From positions 62,001-126,000 of the forward strand of contig JBDOQK010000061.1 of NCBI GenBank assembly GCA_040437565.1: a stretch of DNA of 64,000 bases. Direction: 5' to 3'. This document shows, piece after piece, positions 10,631 to 24,228 of this stretch. Made by a program: the position numbers and the translations under genes. Numbering within the stretch: the stretch's first letter is position 1; each line of letters starts with the position of its first letter. The notes below the pieces were generated by a model. It had not been told where the DNA came from, did not search any database, and saw nothing but the letters and a program-made list of their open reading frames with translations. This DNA is from Albugo candida. Lineage: Eukaryota.

Positions 10631-13235
10631 TCATCTGCGCTTCTTCTTCGCTTTTTTGAAAAGCGCGCTTGACGAGTTCTTCGCAACAGGCCCGGCCCTT
10701 TTATCAGCGGTCTCATTCTGTTGCTTTGTTGCTGCACGAGCTGCAGCATCCAATCTTAGAGCGTCCTTCTCTGTTGCCATACCAGCGCCTTGAGCACCCA
10801 CAAAGCGATTACGGCCTCGTCGACTACGTTTGCTGGAAGACCGCTGCTTTCGAGATATCCAACGCTCAGGATCGGGATTTAAAAGGCCAATACTTGGATT
10901 GTAATCATCCTGGGAGCGAAGCTTCTCCAGATAAGCTTCACGTTTTTTGGCTCGTTTGCGTGCGATTTGTTCAGTGCTTTTTTTGTGCCTTTTGAGGCTG
11001 AAAAGAAGCCGCGTTAGACCACCCGCTGATTCAGAGGCAGCACGTACTCTTTTTTGTCATTGAGAATGACCGGCTTCGGCGTCTTTCGAGTCGATTGCGG
11101 AGCGAGTCGTTCCAATTCAACTGGATCTTTGTTACTCATCTCAGCAATTCCCGGCAGCATCGCGCATTGGATTTTGGCTTTCTCTGGGTCGATATAGGAT
11201 CTTGAATGAACAAGCATATCAGAAACGTTACTGGCGATATTGTGAAAACCTGAAGCTTACAGGCAAATGACAAATGACGCAAGAAAGCGGAGCCGGGACG
11301 CGGCATCGATGGGATATCCATCTTCATTTTCCAATAGCTTCTTGAAAGCGTCAGCTGCATCCTCGTATTTTTTCATTTTCAGCTTGTACATGCACATTCC
11401 TTCGCGCATTTTCACAGCAAAATCAGAGCATCCAATCTTATCCTGATGCTGTAGAGCTGATGTCAATACTTTTTCGGCAAGTTCGGGCTTGTTAGCAGCC
11501 TCGAAGATGGAAACCAGGGTCGCCACTGTCCCTGGTGTGTGTTGAATGCTGTCAATGGACATGATACATTGTCCAGCTTCCTCCAAATTTCCTTGCAAAG
11601 CCGTCAAATTGAATTCATCGAACCGTGAAAAGTACACTCACCTCGAAGTATCTGAAGGCATGCCAAGCCAAGACGACCATCGACACTCTTGTCATTCTCC
11701 AATATGTGCGTTGCCTTGGAAGCATGCGAAGATGACTCATTGTTTGCTAATGACACCAATATTCCAGAAAAGTCATTTGAATCAGGAGAACGTTCAATCA
11801 GTTCTTGGATGCATTTAAGACACTCTTCAGGCTGGGAATGGAACAGTGAACGCGTCAGATTGAAATGCTTGGAATCGGAATTACCTTATTCAGAAGACAA
11901 AGTACTAATGCCTTGTTATAGTGAACAGCTCTTTGTTGCTGGAACGACATCTTTGTCAGGATACCACTACCTTCCAGCGATTTGAGCTTTTTCAATGAGT
12001 CGAGCAAATCGCGATCTTTTCGAATGACGACGAGATTGTTGGTTGCAATAGCGCTGGGTACCGGGTTTCTAGCTCTACATTGAGATCAGATACTGCTTTC
12101 AGCGAATGTCCACATCTTTCTTACTTCAATACATCTCGGTAGTTTTTGATGGCTTCATCACTGTCTCCCTTCATTTGTCGTACAAATGCGAGCTGAGTGT
12201 GTAATTGTGCCATTTCATCGTCTAATTCAGACGCTATTGGGTCTTGCTCGTCCAAAGTCTCTCGGTATAGTTCTACCACAGACATTAATCGAACGCAAAG
12301 GGAAAACAACGATAATGAATCGAACTTTTTGCATCCGCTAAAATCGCCTCAGCACGATTCCAATCTTGAGCGTGTATGAACCCAAATGCTTTGTTGTATG
12401 CAACTTCGTAATTGCCTTTGTCGAGGTCCTGCAGTGTAAACAGACATTGTTTTAGTGATAATTAAACAGAAAACTTTTGCGAAATACCTCGAATTTGCTT
12501 TGACAACTGTAAGGCACACAGTAATTCCCGCTTGCATGAGCAGCCAGCAAATTGGTCTCAATTTCGAGTATATCTTCATGCTAATGACAAATCGCGTACG
12601 TGATCGTCTACACGCACGAAGCTATGTGCTGTACCGTCATCGCATGCTCGCGTAAGTACTCATATATTTCGATACATTTGACATATTCTCCTGCACGATA
12701 AAGCTAATGTCATAAGCATAAACGATGAGCATCTCTTTGTAATTCGATGACTACAGGGTATACCATTTGTGCCTCAATGTGCAAAATGGCTTTTGGTTTT
12801 TCATACAGTGGACATTTATAATTTTCCAATTCCGTGACAGTCGCAGCATCCTGTCCAACTGATTTGAGCACAATCAATGAATTTCGGAGTTCTTTTACCT
12901 TTTTCAGGCGGTACAGACAATACAGCTTTTCGGTCGATAAAAAATCGTATTTTTTGGCTAATTCGAGCGCTTTATCAAACTTCAAAACCAATTGTTAATA
13001 TGAAATGAGTGATCGTATCATTTGTACATTTTCCAAACGAATTAGCGATATGCATTTTATCTTCACAGCATCCGCGTCATTAGAGTCCTTGGCACGGACT
13101 GCACGCGATTATTACACAGAAAGTATAGTAGAGATAATATAAGATCGTACTTTTATTGCAAATTTCAATGCATTTTGAGAAGTTTTCTTCTTCTAAAGCA
13201 GCTTTTAGCTGCTGGAATTGTGCAACGTCGGCCAT
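10631..13235 (-). CDS. SRP72: Signal recognition particle subunit SRP72 (multi-exon, TPR-rich)
   Basis: N-terminal TPR-like exons (EKLYCLYRL), then a Lys/Arg-rich segment and PDPERWI..KQRS, the SRP72 RNA-binding motif. Stop TGA at 10631-10633. Confidence 0.88.
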
Positions 13236-13301
13236 AAAGTTATCAGCCAACTGGAGAGTACCGTATGTAGCAATATCGACCACCTTTATATGACTAGCAG
13301 C

Positions 13302-14329
13302 TTATGGAGCACTCGGCAATACATTGAAAAAGTGATAAACATCATTTCTATCGTACACCCCCACCGTTGTACCACAGTCTGAGCACTGTACAAGGAAAAA
13401 CTCATCGTCATTTTCGAGAATACATATCCTATCACCGATATCGCTTGACTTTTCTGAGCATTTTCTGTCCATTGTGGTATAAGTGATGATTTTGTTTCGA
13501 CAGACCCGACAATTAATTGCATGCAATCCTCGATATTGATGCTGATATCTCACATGCCTACGTATCTGATGTTAAGTATGTTTATATTCCAAAGAGATCT
13601 GCCACATACCTTTCTGAGTCCATACAAACTGTCAGGAAGCAGCATGGACAGCTCAAATGGGCGTCATTCGTGGAATTAGAATCCGAACACTTTTTGTGAA
13701 TCGGGGAATGAGATCCTGCATAACCTTTTAGTAGACTCAATTTCGATCAAGCTCTGTCACTTACGCAGATGTTGATCGACCCATTTCTGATCACTCTCGT
13801 CCAATTGATCTCCGTAGAAAGGATCTGGCTGGGGACTCATAAGATGTTCTTCCTTTCTCGCTTTTTGTCGTGCAAGCCTCTCAGAAGGTGGTTGTGGCGT
13901 GACACATACCTTCATTTTGATTTTTCCGATATCAACTGTTTCGGGCGTCATTGCGGTGTAAGAGTCTTCATCGATTTTGTTGTCGAATACGAACGGAGCA
14001 TTTTGACCGAATTTAAGTTCCAAAGGCATGTTTTGAGAGTGATTGTGACCAAAACTATCGATAGCCGATGCCAATTTGGAGCAGCGTTGCCTGTACGCAA
14101 TATCTGACAGAGCGGGTATTGGTCCGTGTGTCTCACTTGTGTCGTTCTTAGGCACTGTCGAGGTGATACGAGTGGAAGCCATTATGATGCTAGTAGGATC
14201 AATTGAGTCGACATTGAATCTGTCGGTGTCTTCTTCTTGTTCATCGTACATATCGTAAGTGGAATATTCATCAGAAAAGCTATCGAGTTTGCCAAATGGA
14301 ATGCCAAATTTGTGCTTATTTGTGCTCAT
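13302..14329 (-). CDS. EAPP: E2F-associated phosphoprotein-like (EAPP C-terminal domain)
   Basis: DPFYGDQLDESDQKWV, DAHLSCPCCFLTVCMDSER, QYRGLHAINC and VQCSDCGTTVGVYDRNDVYHFFNVLPS match the Eapp_C pattern. Confidence 0.85.
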
Positions 14330-16600
14330 TTGGTTGAATGTATTAGTTCCTGAGATGTTATGTGATGCTACAGGTGACCCCCGAAGATGTCAAAATAGTG
14401 ATANNNNNNNNNNNNNNNNNNNNNNNNNNNNNNNNNNNNNNNNNNNNNNNNNNNNNNNNNNNNNNNNNNNNNNNNNNNNNNNNNNNNNNNNNNNNNNNNN
14501 NNNTGTCAAAATAGTGATAACCTTGTAGCAAGCTTATGCGAGTCGTCGCACGTGTAGGGATACGCATGCACAGCTCTCCACAGCTTATGTGAATGTAGAA
14601 AACATATTTTTGGCTAATTCAGCTAACGACTTACTGTTACAGACTTTGGTCATTGAGATAGCATTGCGCAAGCTTTGCCGTTAAAGACTATCGAGCCCAA
14701 AGTTACAGTTAATCTCGCAAAACTATTTTCGACAAATCCTTTATGACGGTCATCTTGAAAAAACATGCTTACTCGTCCGCACTACGACATTATCGAACAA
14801 GACAATCGACAAAGTACAATCATTCAAGTCAAGTGTTATCAGGCTAGGCTGACTCTTTATCGTAGCAACCAGATAACATTGATATTTACACTGAGAATCA
14901 ACATGCGAATGTCAACAAGTAACATGTAACCTGTCCCTTGACACTGCAGCCCAACCATATGACCACACCGGCGGATCGTGATATATATTAATTTGCAAAT
15001 CCATCGGTAATCATCCCCACGAACGGCACCAGCGCAACTGAGAGCACCCGCTAATATTTCATACTACTTTACAGTTGTTTTCTCAACTAAATAGCGTTTA
15101 TGGTCGTGTAACTTCACATCAGCAATATTGGCGTTAAATCAACTCTTGTAGATCCCAATGATTTCGTGAATGAATGCTCCTGTACACCGACTGCAACTCA
15201 CATCTCGTAGCTTGCGATCCTTGCTACCTTCCAGAGCACCTGTAATTCTAAGGCTGTCACAGAGATTATCACCCTTGCTCAATGCACGGAATAGTCAAGA
15301 CGATGCTTTTACGTGCGTGTCATCTAGAACCGCACGTCACGCAAAATCCTATTTTCGTAACCTGCGGCAATAATCGCACTTTAGCTCATTCATATGGTCG
15401 ACCGTAATTGGATCATAATGTTTTTTTTGCTTTGGACGGTGGCAAAATGAAAAGTGATGATCGCTATACTGAAAGATATGCAAGAATGACGAGTACATTC
15501 AGCTCTCGGTAAAGTAACTCACTGTACATGCACAACGCATGCATTCAATTGGGAGAAAGTAGAAAAACTTTACCTGTCTTAATTTCGAGCAATTTCGCTT
15601 GCATGTAATATAGACTGCGACCTAGCGAGCTAAGTTGCTGTGAATAGTATAGATGAAAGTCGCCTTCTATCATTGCCGCACTTGTGGTAAAATGCTGAAT
15701 CTTTTTCTGCGCTAGCGATGTCTCTAATGGTGCAAAACGACAAAAGTGCTTGCTGTTACATCATTGGGCATACTGTAGTACGGATTTACNNNNNNNNNNN
15801 NNNNNNNNNNNNNNNNNNNNNNNNNNNNNNNNNNNNNNNNNNNNNNNNNNNNNNNNNNNNNNNNNNNNNNNNNNNNNNNNNNNNNNNNNTTACATCATTG
15901 GGCATACTGTAGTACGGATTTACAAATCTCTTCACACTTGATACCGATTTAGATTAAAAACTAGATTTGAAAGTACACCCATTATTTCTTGGTCTTGAAA
16001 CTCCATGACCAGGGTTCTCTGCATACGCATTTACCTACTGTCGGTTTTGTGCGTGCTATTGTATGTACAAAGAAGAACATTTTTGGCGACATCTCATTTG
16101 CATGACTTTTTTATTTCATTGATATATAAGCTTTTTCATCGATACTCGATTAGCACTAAATTCACCGCGCTTTGGCTGATTCGTCTTCAATCAGTTTCAA
16201 TCGAAAATACTCTCTGACATGAGTTTACAATCACTTTTGCCATCAGCACGTGAATTCTGAATTTGATTGAAACACTCTTCGAAGAGCTTTAATTTGTTGA
16301 AATTGGCTCTCGTGATTCTTGACCGCAATCTCGTCTTCCAGATCGTTCTATCGCTGTATAAATATCGAATACATTCGTTACAAGATAGTATGAGTTGTAA
16401 GAAGTAAATGAATGACAATTTCGGAGTTAGCACGGGTCGAATGGTGAGCTATATGCGCGGCACGGCTTCACAAGCTTGTTGACCAATGAAAGTAACGTGT
16501 AGATTGTCATCTCTTCCAAAGCAATTATTTTCTGCTATCTTATTTTCAATTTTTTGCTTTCCATTGAATGGAAGACACTACACACTCAATAAATCAAATT

Positions 16601-18533
16601 CTATATATATTTGTATCGCACTCATCAAAGGCCGTTTAACGAATTAAGCCAGCAATTCATTATTTACTTTGAAGTCGAAAATCTGAGTGATATTTTGGCT
16701 ACAGACGTGGTGATGTAAATAAAATTGAGAGTAAAGGTGCTTCACGATTTTCTCCGATATCAAATCATCCACTAAACCTCAATGCTGCTTGCTCATTTTG
16801 CTAAACTCAAATGTCCAAGCCATTCATGCCAAATTGACGTTAAGGACTTCTTTGCATTAAAAGATGAAGACTTTATCTGCTCTGAAGCTGCCCGATCAAG
16901 CTACTCTATACGCTGCAAGTTGATTCCTCCAGTGTGACTTGAGAGCACAGAGTACTGTGTAATCAATCCTTTCATAGACATTATCCGATAGAAAACACAA
17001 AGTATTCTACAAGTCGCATCAACTTCGAACTCAGGAGAAATAAAGGGGTATTCTCCATGATTTCACATCGCGATCATCTGACCAGCTTCAGAAATATGGC
17101 CATTTGCAGGATGAGACTAGTGAGATCCTCTACCGTTTGCATAATTTACCAAAGCCAGAAGAAAGCCATAATTTCACTTTCTCTTTGTCTGATTGGCATT
17201 TAATGTGGTGCTGTTTTGTCGCTTCACACGAGGACTTAGCTACAGTATAAGCTCCGAATGTATTCGTCCTAGTCGGATGTGTTGAAGCTGGTGTCCCTGA
17301 ACCAGTGTGGAACACATCAGTCTAATCAATTTGCAGCTATTGGACAATAAATTAGTGGCTGTGGGCGTCTAGTACGAAAAGGCTTGGACTAGCTAGTAAA
17401 GTGAACTAAGGACCTCCTACATATAATATATCTTACTTTTCAAATTTTATCTAAAGCGCTCAAAAGGTTATGAGCCCAAGTACTGAGAACGCGGTCGACA
17501 AACTCCTTGGTGATGACAATTACNNNNNNNNNNNNNNNNNNNNNNNNNNNNNNNNNNNNNNNNNNNNNNNNNNNNNNNNNNNNNNNNNNNNNNNNNNNNN
17601 NNNNNNNNNNNNNNNNNNNNNNNTATATATTTGTATGGCACTCATCAAATGCCGTTTAACGAATTAAGCCAGTTATTCATTATTTACTTTGAAGTCGAAG
17701 TCTAACTCATATTTTGGCTACAGACGCGGTGATGTAGATAAAATTGAGGGTAGAGGTGCTTCACGATTTTCTCCGATATCAAATCATCCACTGAACCTCA
17801 ATGCTGCTTGCTCATTTTGCTAAATTCGAATGTCCGAGCCATTCATGCCAAATTGACGTTTAGGACTTTTTTGCATTGAAAGATGAACACTTTATCTGCT
17901 CTGAAGCTGCCCGATCAAGCTACTCTATACGCGGCAAGTTGATTCCTCCAGTGTGACTCGAGAGCACAGAGTACTGTGTAATCAATCCTTTCATAGACAT
18001 TATCCGATAGAAAGACACAAATTATTTTACAAGTTGCATCAACTTCGAGCTCAGAAGAAGTACACGGATATTCTCCATGATTTCACATCGTGATCATCCG
18101 ACCAACTTCAGAAATATGGCCATTTGCAGGATGAGACTAGTGAGATCCTCTACCGCTTGCATAAATTGCCAAAGCCAGAAGAAAGCCATAATTTCACTTT
18201 CTCTTTGTCTGATTGGCATTTAATGTAGTGCTGTTTTGTCGCTCAACACGAGGACGTAGCTACAGTATAAGCTCCGAATGTGCTCGTCCTAGTTGGATGT
18301 GTTGAAGCTGATGTCCCTGAGCCAGTGTGGAACACATCAGTCTAATCAATTTGCAAAAAATTAGTGGCTGTGGGCGTCTAGTACGAAAAGGCTGGGACTA
18401 GCTAGTAAAGTGAACTAAGCACCTCCTACATATAATATGTCTTACTTTTTCCAAATTTTATCTAAAGCGCTCAAAAGGTTATGAGCCCAAGTACTGAGAA
18501 CGCGGTCGAGTAACTCCTTGGTGATGACAATTA
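16601..18533. repeat. Direct duplication of about 0.9 kb across a gap (16601-17523 versus 17624-18533), not identical
   Basis: Collinear copies with scattered substitutions and small indels. Both include the same copia LTR junction. Confidence 0.85.
17280..17523 (+). mobile_element. Copia LTR, PBS and gag start (duplicate of the 18300 copy), truncated by the gap
   Basis: TGTTGAAGC start. PBS GGTTATGAGCCCA at 17466. MSPSTENAVDKLLGDDNY. Confidence 0.8.
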
Positions 18534-20880
18534 CTTCAGATGGGAGTTCAATGCGCGTATAAAGCTGATGAAGAAGGGTCCGCAGAATCATATTGACAAG
18601 TCGGAGTACTCAGCGAAGATCCTGCAGCTTTGGCAATGTCGATCAGCGCGAGTCTCCAGGCAATGGTCAGTGGCGCTTGTACAACCTCTCAGTTATGGGA
18701 GATTCTAAAGAATTTTTAACTTCGAAATAGTATACACAACAGACTACGAAGCCGGCGAAGACTTCATGAAGTCAGAATGGAAAAGGGTCAGAATATCATG
18801 GAGCATTTTTATGAAATTTGATGAATTATGCCTTTCGATGCAAGCTTGTGGTGATGTAATTAATATGCATGAGCAATTAGTAATATTGTTTGGGAGTCTC
18901 TTGGATGAGTACGATCCGGTAATCAAAATTATCGAAAATGTCCAAGGGATGGATCTTTTTCAAGAAAAGAAATGCTGCATTGGGAGTATGCACTATTGAT
19001 GAAAAAGGAGACATGCTCTAAGAAGCAACGAAGAAGTCGAAAAGATTTGGCGCAAGAGAATCTCTTCAGAAGACTTACAAACTCGAAGGAAAAGTGCTAT
19101 CACTGTAGCAAAAGTGGACCTAAAAAGGTAGACTTTGGAAAAATGTGAAACAGAAAAATAGCACAATGCACAGTGTGTGAAAACATGGCTGAAAGGTTGG
19201 CTGCTCGATAGTGGAGCAATCTGCCATATGTGCCCATTCAAAGAAGAGTTCACTGAAATCCGACTACTCAAAACTGATAAGTATGTCTCTATTGCCAATG
19301 GAACAAAGTTTCGGCAGGAGGCATTGGTACAGTTCCAGTTATACTGAAAAATAAAACTCCAATTCGAATTGAAAATTAAGTATATGTGGATCCCCGATTA
19401 CTCTCTATCCCAGCATTAGCAGAAAAAGGACTTGATGTCTCTTTTGGAAGAGGAATATGTCAAATCAGAGACAATGAACGAGAAAAAAAGGTTGCGGTTT
19501 GTATGATGGAGTGTGCTATAAATGAATTAGCACTTTTAGCACCTCCGGTAAAGAGGTACATGATCAACAATTATCAAGTTCCAGTATATGGCATGCCCGA
19601 TTCGGACATTTACCTACCAAGAAAATTGAAGCTTTGCAGCACTGCGTTCATGGTTTGATAGTGAAATCGATGTCAAAACGAGAAAGAGACGAAGAATTCA
19701 TTTGTGAAGGATGTATCAATGGGAAATCTTTCGTGCACCCTTTCCCGAAGTCAGGCTATGGTCAAGTGAAAAGCAAGTCCGTTCTTTAACTTATACATAG
19801 TGACGTAATGGGACCGATGGAAAATTCTCAAGGTGGAGCAAGATTTATGGTAACTTTCATTGATGATTACTCTAGATGTGTAGTGTCATCTTTCATTCGA
19901 CACAAATCTGAAGTGGTCGATCGGTTCCTCGATTTCAAAGAAATGATGACAACCAACTGAATTCGAAAATAAAGTGTACTCAAACCGAGAATGGTGGCGA
20001 ATTAAGCAACAATCGATTTGCGAATATTTGTAAAAGTGCCGATATTATACACCAGACAACAGTTCCGTACACGTCACAGCAATATAGAATGGCTGGAAGA
20101 ATGAATCCGACCATTACGGAACGTGCGAGATCCATGATGATTCACATGCAAGTAGAAAAGAAGCGGTGGGCTGAAGCCATGAATACCGCAGTTTACATCA
20201 CAAATTGAGTTCCATGTGCCGCCTACCCAGACAAGACACCATACGAGATGTGTTTTGGGAGCAAGCCAAGTCTGACCTATTTACGGGTGTTTGGTTTCCG
20301 AGGTTTTGCTCATATTGAGAAATCAAGACGGATGAAGTTGGATAAGAAGGCGGGCAAATGTATTGTGTTTTCTTGGATGTTCAGACAGTATGAACGGATT
20401 CCGCTTATGGAATTTTGAGTTATATAAAATGAGATTACTCGTTCAGTACAATTTCAAGAAGTAGCCGGAACAAAATACGTTCAGGTTTATATCGGTGATT
20501 AATCATCCCTATAAAATCGAACTGATTGTTATTGTGACGAAGTAAGCGAACAAGCACCGATCAGGACAAATCAGCATGTCGGGAGCATGGATGTAGATCC
20601 AATTGAAGAGTCAACAAATGCGAACGAGGATTCGACGAGATATTCGACTCAGGAGCAGCAGTCTTCGAATGCTTATCTGTCATCTCCCATGTCGATATAG
20701 ATTCCGCGGAAGGGAATCTTAGCATTATTCAGGCCATTGTGACCAGGGGGAGACTAGATAGTTTCGAAAGTCACCCGGTTCCTAAAAAGTCTCAAATTGC
20801 GCACGATGTCCTTCTGGCACTTCCACCAAATCAATCTTCGCAAGCAATAGTACCAGTGGATCGTCAAGGATTTCATTCCA
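18300..20880 (+). mobile_element. Degenerate Ty1/copia retrotransposon (LTR, gag, protease, integrase; no RT seen)
   Basis: LTR 18300-18476 and PBS at 18477. Motifs DNYFRWEF, LFGSLLDEYD, WLLDSGAICHMCP, WHARFGHL, CEGCINGK, HSDVMGPM, FIDDYSR and WAEAMNTAVYI. Many stops and frameshifts. Confidence 0.92.
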
Positions 20881-20882
20881 CT

Positions 20883-21095
20883 GTTTATCTGGTTTTTTAA
20901 CTACCTTCCTTATCCTATCATGAGTCCCTGACCGTGTGAATATCACTTAAGTCTGACTTCAAACCTAGGGAGGCAGATATTTTCCAAGCTTATTGCTTGG
21001 GTGGGCTCAAACCGCTGCCCACACTGCCGGGAATCGAACTAACGACCTCCGGCAGGGGGTCCGTGCGCTCAAGTGCTCAACCGACTGAGCTGGGT
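20883..21095 (-). mobile_element. tRNA-derived SINE-like element (5' end cut by the gap)
   Basis: Minus strand reads AGCTCAGTCGGTTGAGC (A box, GCTC/GAGC D-stem) and GTTCGATTCCC (B box), followed by a non-tRNA body ending in an A-rich tail. No clean cloverleaf. Confidence 0.6.
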
Positions 21096-21195
21096 NNNNN
21101 NNNNNNNNNNNNNNNNNNNNNNNNNNNNNNNNNNNNNNNNNNNNNNNNNNNNNNNNNNNNNNNNNNNNNNNNNNNNNNNNNNNNNNNNNNNNNNN

Positions 21196-21437
21196 GTAAT
21201 TGTCATCACCAAGGAGTTTGTCGACCGCGTTCTCAGTACTTGGGCTCATAACCTTTTGAGCGCTTTAGATAAAATTTGAAAAGTAAGATATATTATATGT
21301 AGGAGGTCCTTAGTTCACTTTACTAGCTAGTCCAAGCCTTTTCGTACTAGACGCCCACAGCCACTAATTTATTGTCCAATAGCTGCAAATTGATTAGACT
21401 GATGTGTTCCACACTGGTTCAGGGACACCAGCTTCAA
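21196..21437 (-). mobile_element. Copia LTR, PBS and gag start in inverted orientation
   Basis: Reverse complement is essentially identical to 17282-17523. The outer flank differs. Confidence 0.8.
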
Positions 21438-22242
21438 TTCACGGCTCTACTCAGTCTAGTGTGGCGCACACCCATTCGCACAACAGGGTACCTTTGGACA
21501 TCTTTACAGCTTTCTATCATTTACACGCTGGACGCAGTCTCGTATTGTGTTGGGTTGAGGCTACCGCAATTATCAGCAATTATCAGCTCTCACGGGTATT
21601 TCCACATAACGTTTCTTACAAGTAAATATGTTATTTTAGATAGCCTAGGCAAGCAGAGAAGTCAGTGAAATTAAATTTCATTATCTCGCACTCTAAATGT
21701 CCAATATTTGAAAAAAGGGCTAATATCGTATATTCTATTTCTGTTTGATAATTTTCACCCATAATCGATGTGATATACCCGCTTGTTACCAGTGCGTAAA
21801 GACGAGGGCCTAATGGAGAAGTTGTTATAAAGCCTTCAGCAACTACAGAAAAAAATGATTATGGCTTGGAGAAACTTTTGAATGTGCCTAATAAACTCTC
21901 AAAAACTCTTGCGACTATAACTATAAGATGTAACACCATTGTAAGAGATTGTACAAACGCAACTTATTTTCCGGTAATCAGAATTTTCATTCTGCTTCCA
22001 AACTTTTTCTTTTTTCTCGGTGAAAATCTTACGCTTGTACAGAAACGTGCTCGGTCAACTAAAGTTGCTGATCTCAGTTTTTCCGTTATGTTAAGTCGAC
22101 ATATTGTGTCTCATTCAGCCGGGGTTAAAGCATCTGCAAGCTTTTTCAGATAGAGCTTGAGCTCCCTTCACGGTTTTATCACTTCAAACGATTATGAACT
22201 TGGTGTCGCAAAGTGCGATTCAAGGCTGGGAGCGGGACTGCT

Positions 22243-23908
22243 CTCTAATCTCTCAGAATTGCATCTTTCTGAACAAGGATAACTCACTTGCGTTGCAGAA
22301 TGTAGGATACCTAAATACAATAACGTTGCAATGGACAAAACATACTTTTTTCGTTATCTTCTGTGCCAATTGATATGTAAATCCACCATAAATAGTTCAA
22401 GTGCGCAAACCGGTTTCTATGTGCGATGTATGAAAAAGAGCTGTCCTTTGTTCGCAATCAGTGAAGCAATGCAGGCCAGGCAAGCATATATGTTATGCAA
22501 ACTACTTATGGAGGCTACTACCGCACTATACTTTTCTTGAAAAACCTATAATGTAATAAAGAAATGTTAGGAGCAACTTTTGTGCAAAACGAATGAAAAC
22601 AACTACAATTACGACAAAATGACTAATATTAATTACAGCTAACTACTCACGCTCAATGACATGCTGTTGAAGAGATAAATCTGTGATGACGTAATGAGGT
22701 CATCAATAACCTTCCAGCCCATGCCTCCAATGACGTGGTGAGGTCATCGAGAATCGTTCCAGCACATCCACATCCAATAACGTCATGAGGTCATCAGACA
22801 TCCTTCCAGAACTCCCACATAAACGACGTAATGAGGTCATCCATGACAGTGATCGGGTTCCAATTGACGCGTTGTCTGCATCATCTACAATGGCATAATG
22901 AGGCCACTAGATGCATGTGCTTGGTGCGAATCACCTTCCACTCTTAATTACATACAATTCCCTTCACGATTCGGGATTCTTCTCAAAACGATCGCATAGC
23001 TATCACCTGGTCTTATCCGAAAGAATTTTCCAGAACCGTTGTGCGAGTCTTTACCTTCCGCGTTAGGATCGCCGACTAGATCTTGTTCCACGTTCCAATG
23101 CTTTAATTTCATTGTCAGCGCTTGCAATAGATCTTGGTCCACTTATTCGCCTTCATCCACTTCGATGTTGTCGGTTTCTTCAGTCGAGAAATGCGCCGTG
23201 TTGCCATCTCTTTCCGTTTCTGCTGTCGCCGGTGGACACTGCACCGTATCATTGACGCTGTTGAGTCGCTTTTCCAAGCTTTCAATGGTACATTCGAACA
23301 AAACTATCGGTTTCTTGGCATCTTGTAGCTGGGATGTTTTTGTTACCGGAGTTTCTAGAAATTCCCAACTGTGAGTTTCGATTTCGGCGCTTCAGTGGCG
23401 CACTTTTCGTACGCATGTTGCATTTCCGTTGCCTTTTCCGCCGAGCTGTTTACGACTGTTCTCCAGCCAGGCTTCGAGATCCACAACTTTCATGTTGAGT
23501 CCGCTGATCTCGATCTTTGCATCTTCCAGNNNNNNNNNNNNNNNNNNNNNNNNNNNNNNNNNNNNNNNNNNNNNNNNNNNNNNNNNNNNNNNNNNNNNNN
23601 NNNNNNNNNNNNNNNNNNNNNNNNNNNNNATCAGTGCCATATCCTGTTCATCAGTATTATGATACTGTACTTCATCCCCTCAATCAATGTGAAAATCAGG
23701 ACATTGTCGCTTTGAATGTGAGCTGAGTGAGTCATCTTCACACGCATCGGATGCATATTGGTACGATATACTTGACAATGTTGGGTATACCATCCAAAGG
23801 GTGTGGCGTACAGCACACGGGCATACGGTAGACAATTCGATATGTACATAGCTTTGGCACACCATACTAAATCAGGAGGCATGTGATGGAGTATAAACAT
23901 TGCCAGCT
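22243..23908 (-). repeat. Dispersed repeat/coiled-coil pseudogene unit, inverted copy of 46499-54179 without the copia insertion
   Basis: 22243-22735 matches the reverse complement of 53686-54179. 22735-23529 matches 48915-49710. 23630-23908 matches 46499-46777. Confidence 0.85.
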
Positions 23909-24228
23909 CACAAGTGTCGTTTCCATGATGTCACTGCGTATCACTTTGATCAAAAATTGTATCTTGACTGAACACATAGTACTGAAAATAACTACTTCGA
24001 TTAGCACATAATTTTTGTTGTAATTGAGCTGCACGTTATTTGAGATCTCTTCTTTGGTCTTTGAATGTTCGATACTCCCTCTCAATGGATATCAGGCAGC
24101 CCGTCCGCGGTCCAAACGCTTCACATTCGTCAAATACTCATAAAACCGCACTGTTTTTTCTGTTTCTATTACTCGATCCACAAAACATATGCATTCTATC
24201 CAATCAAATTACCGTATTAATATGGAAA

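Noticed and set aside
21010-21095. Functional tRNA gene
   Set aside because: The T-stem and anticodon arm do not pair canonically and the 5' end is in a gap. It fits a SINE head better.
22685-22910. CRISPR-like array (conserved cores with variable spacers)
   Set aside because: The cores are only about 18 bp and degenerate, the spacers resemble each other, the context is eukaryotic and no cas genes are present.
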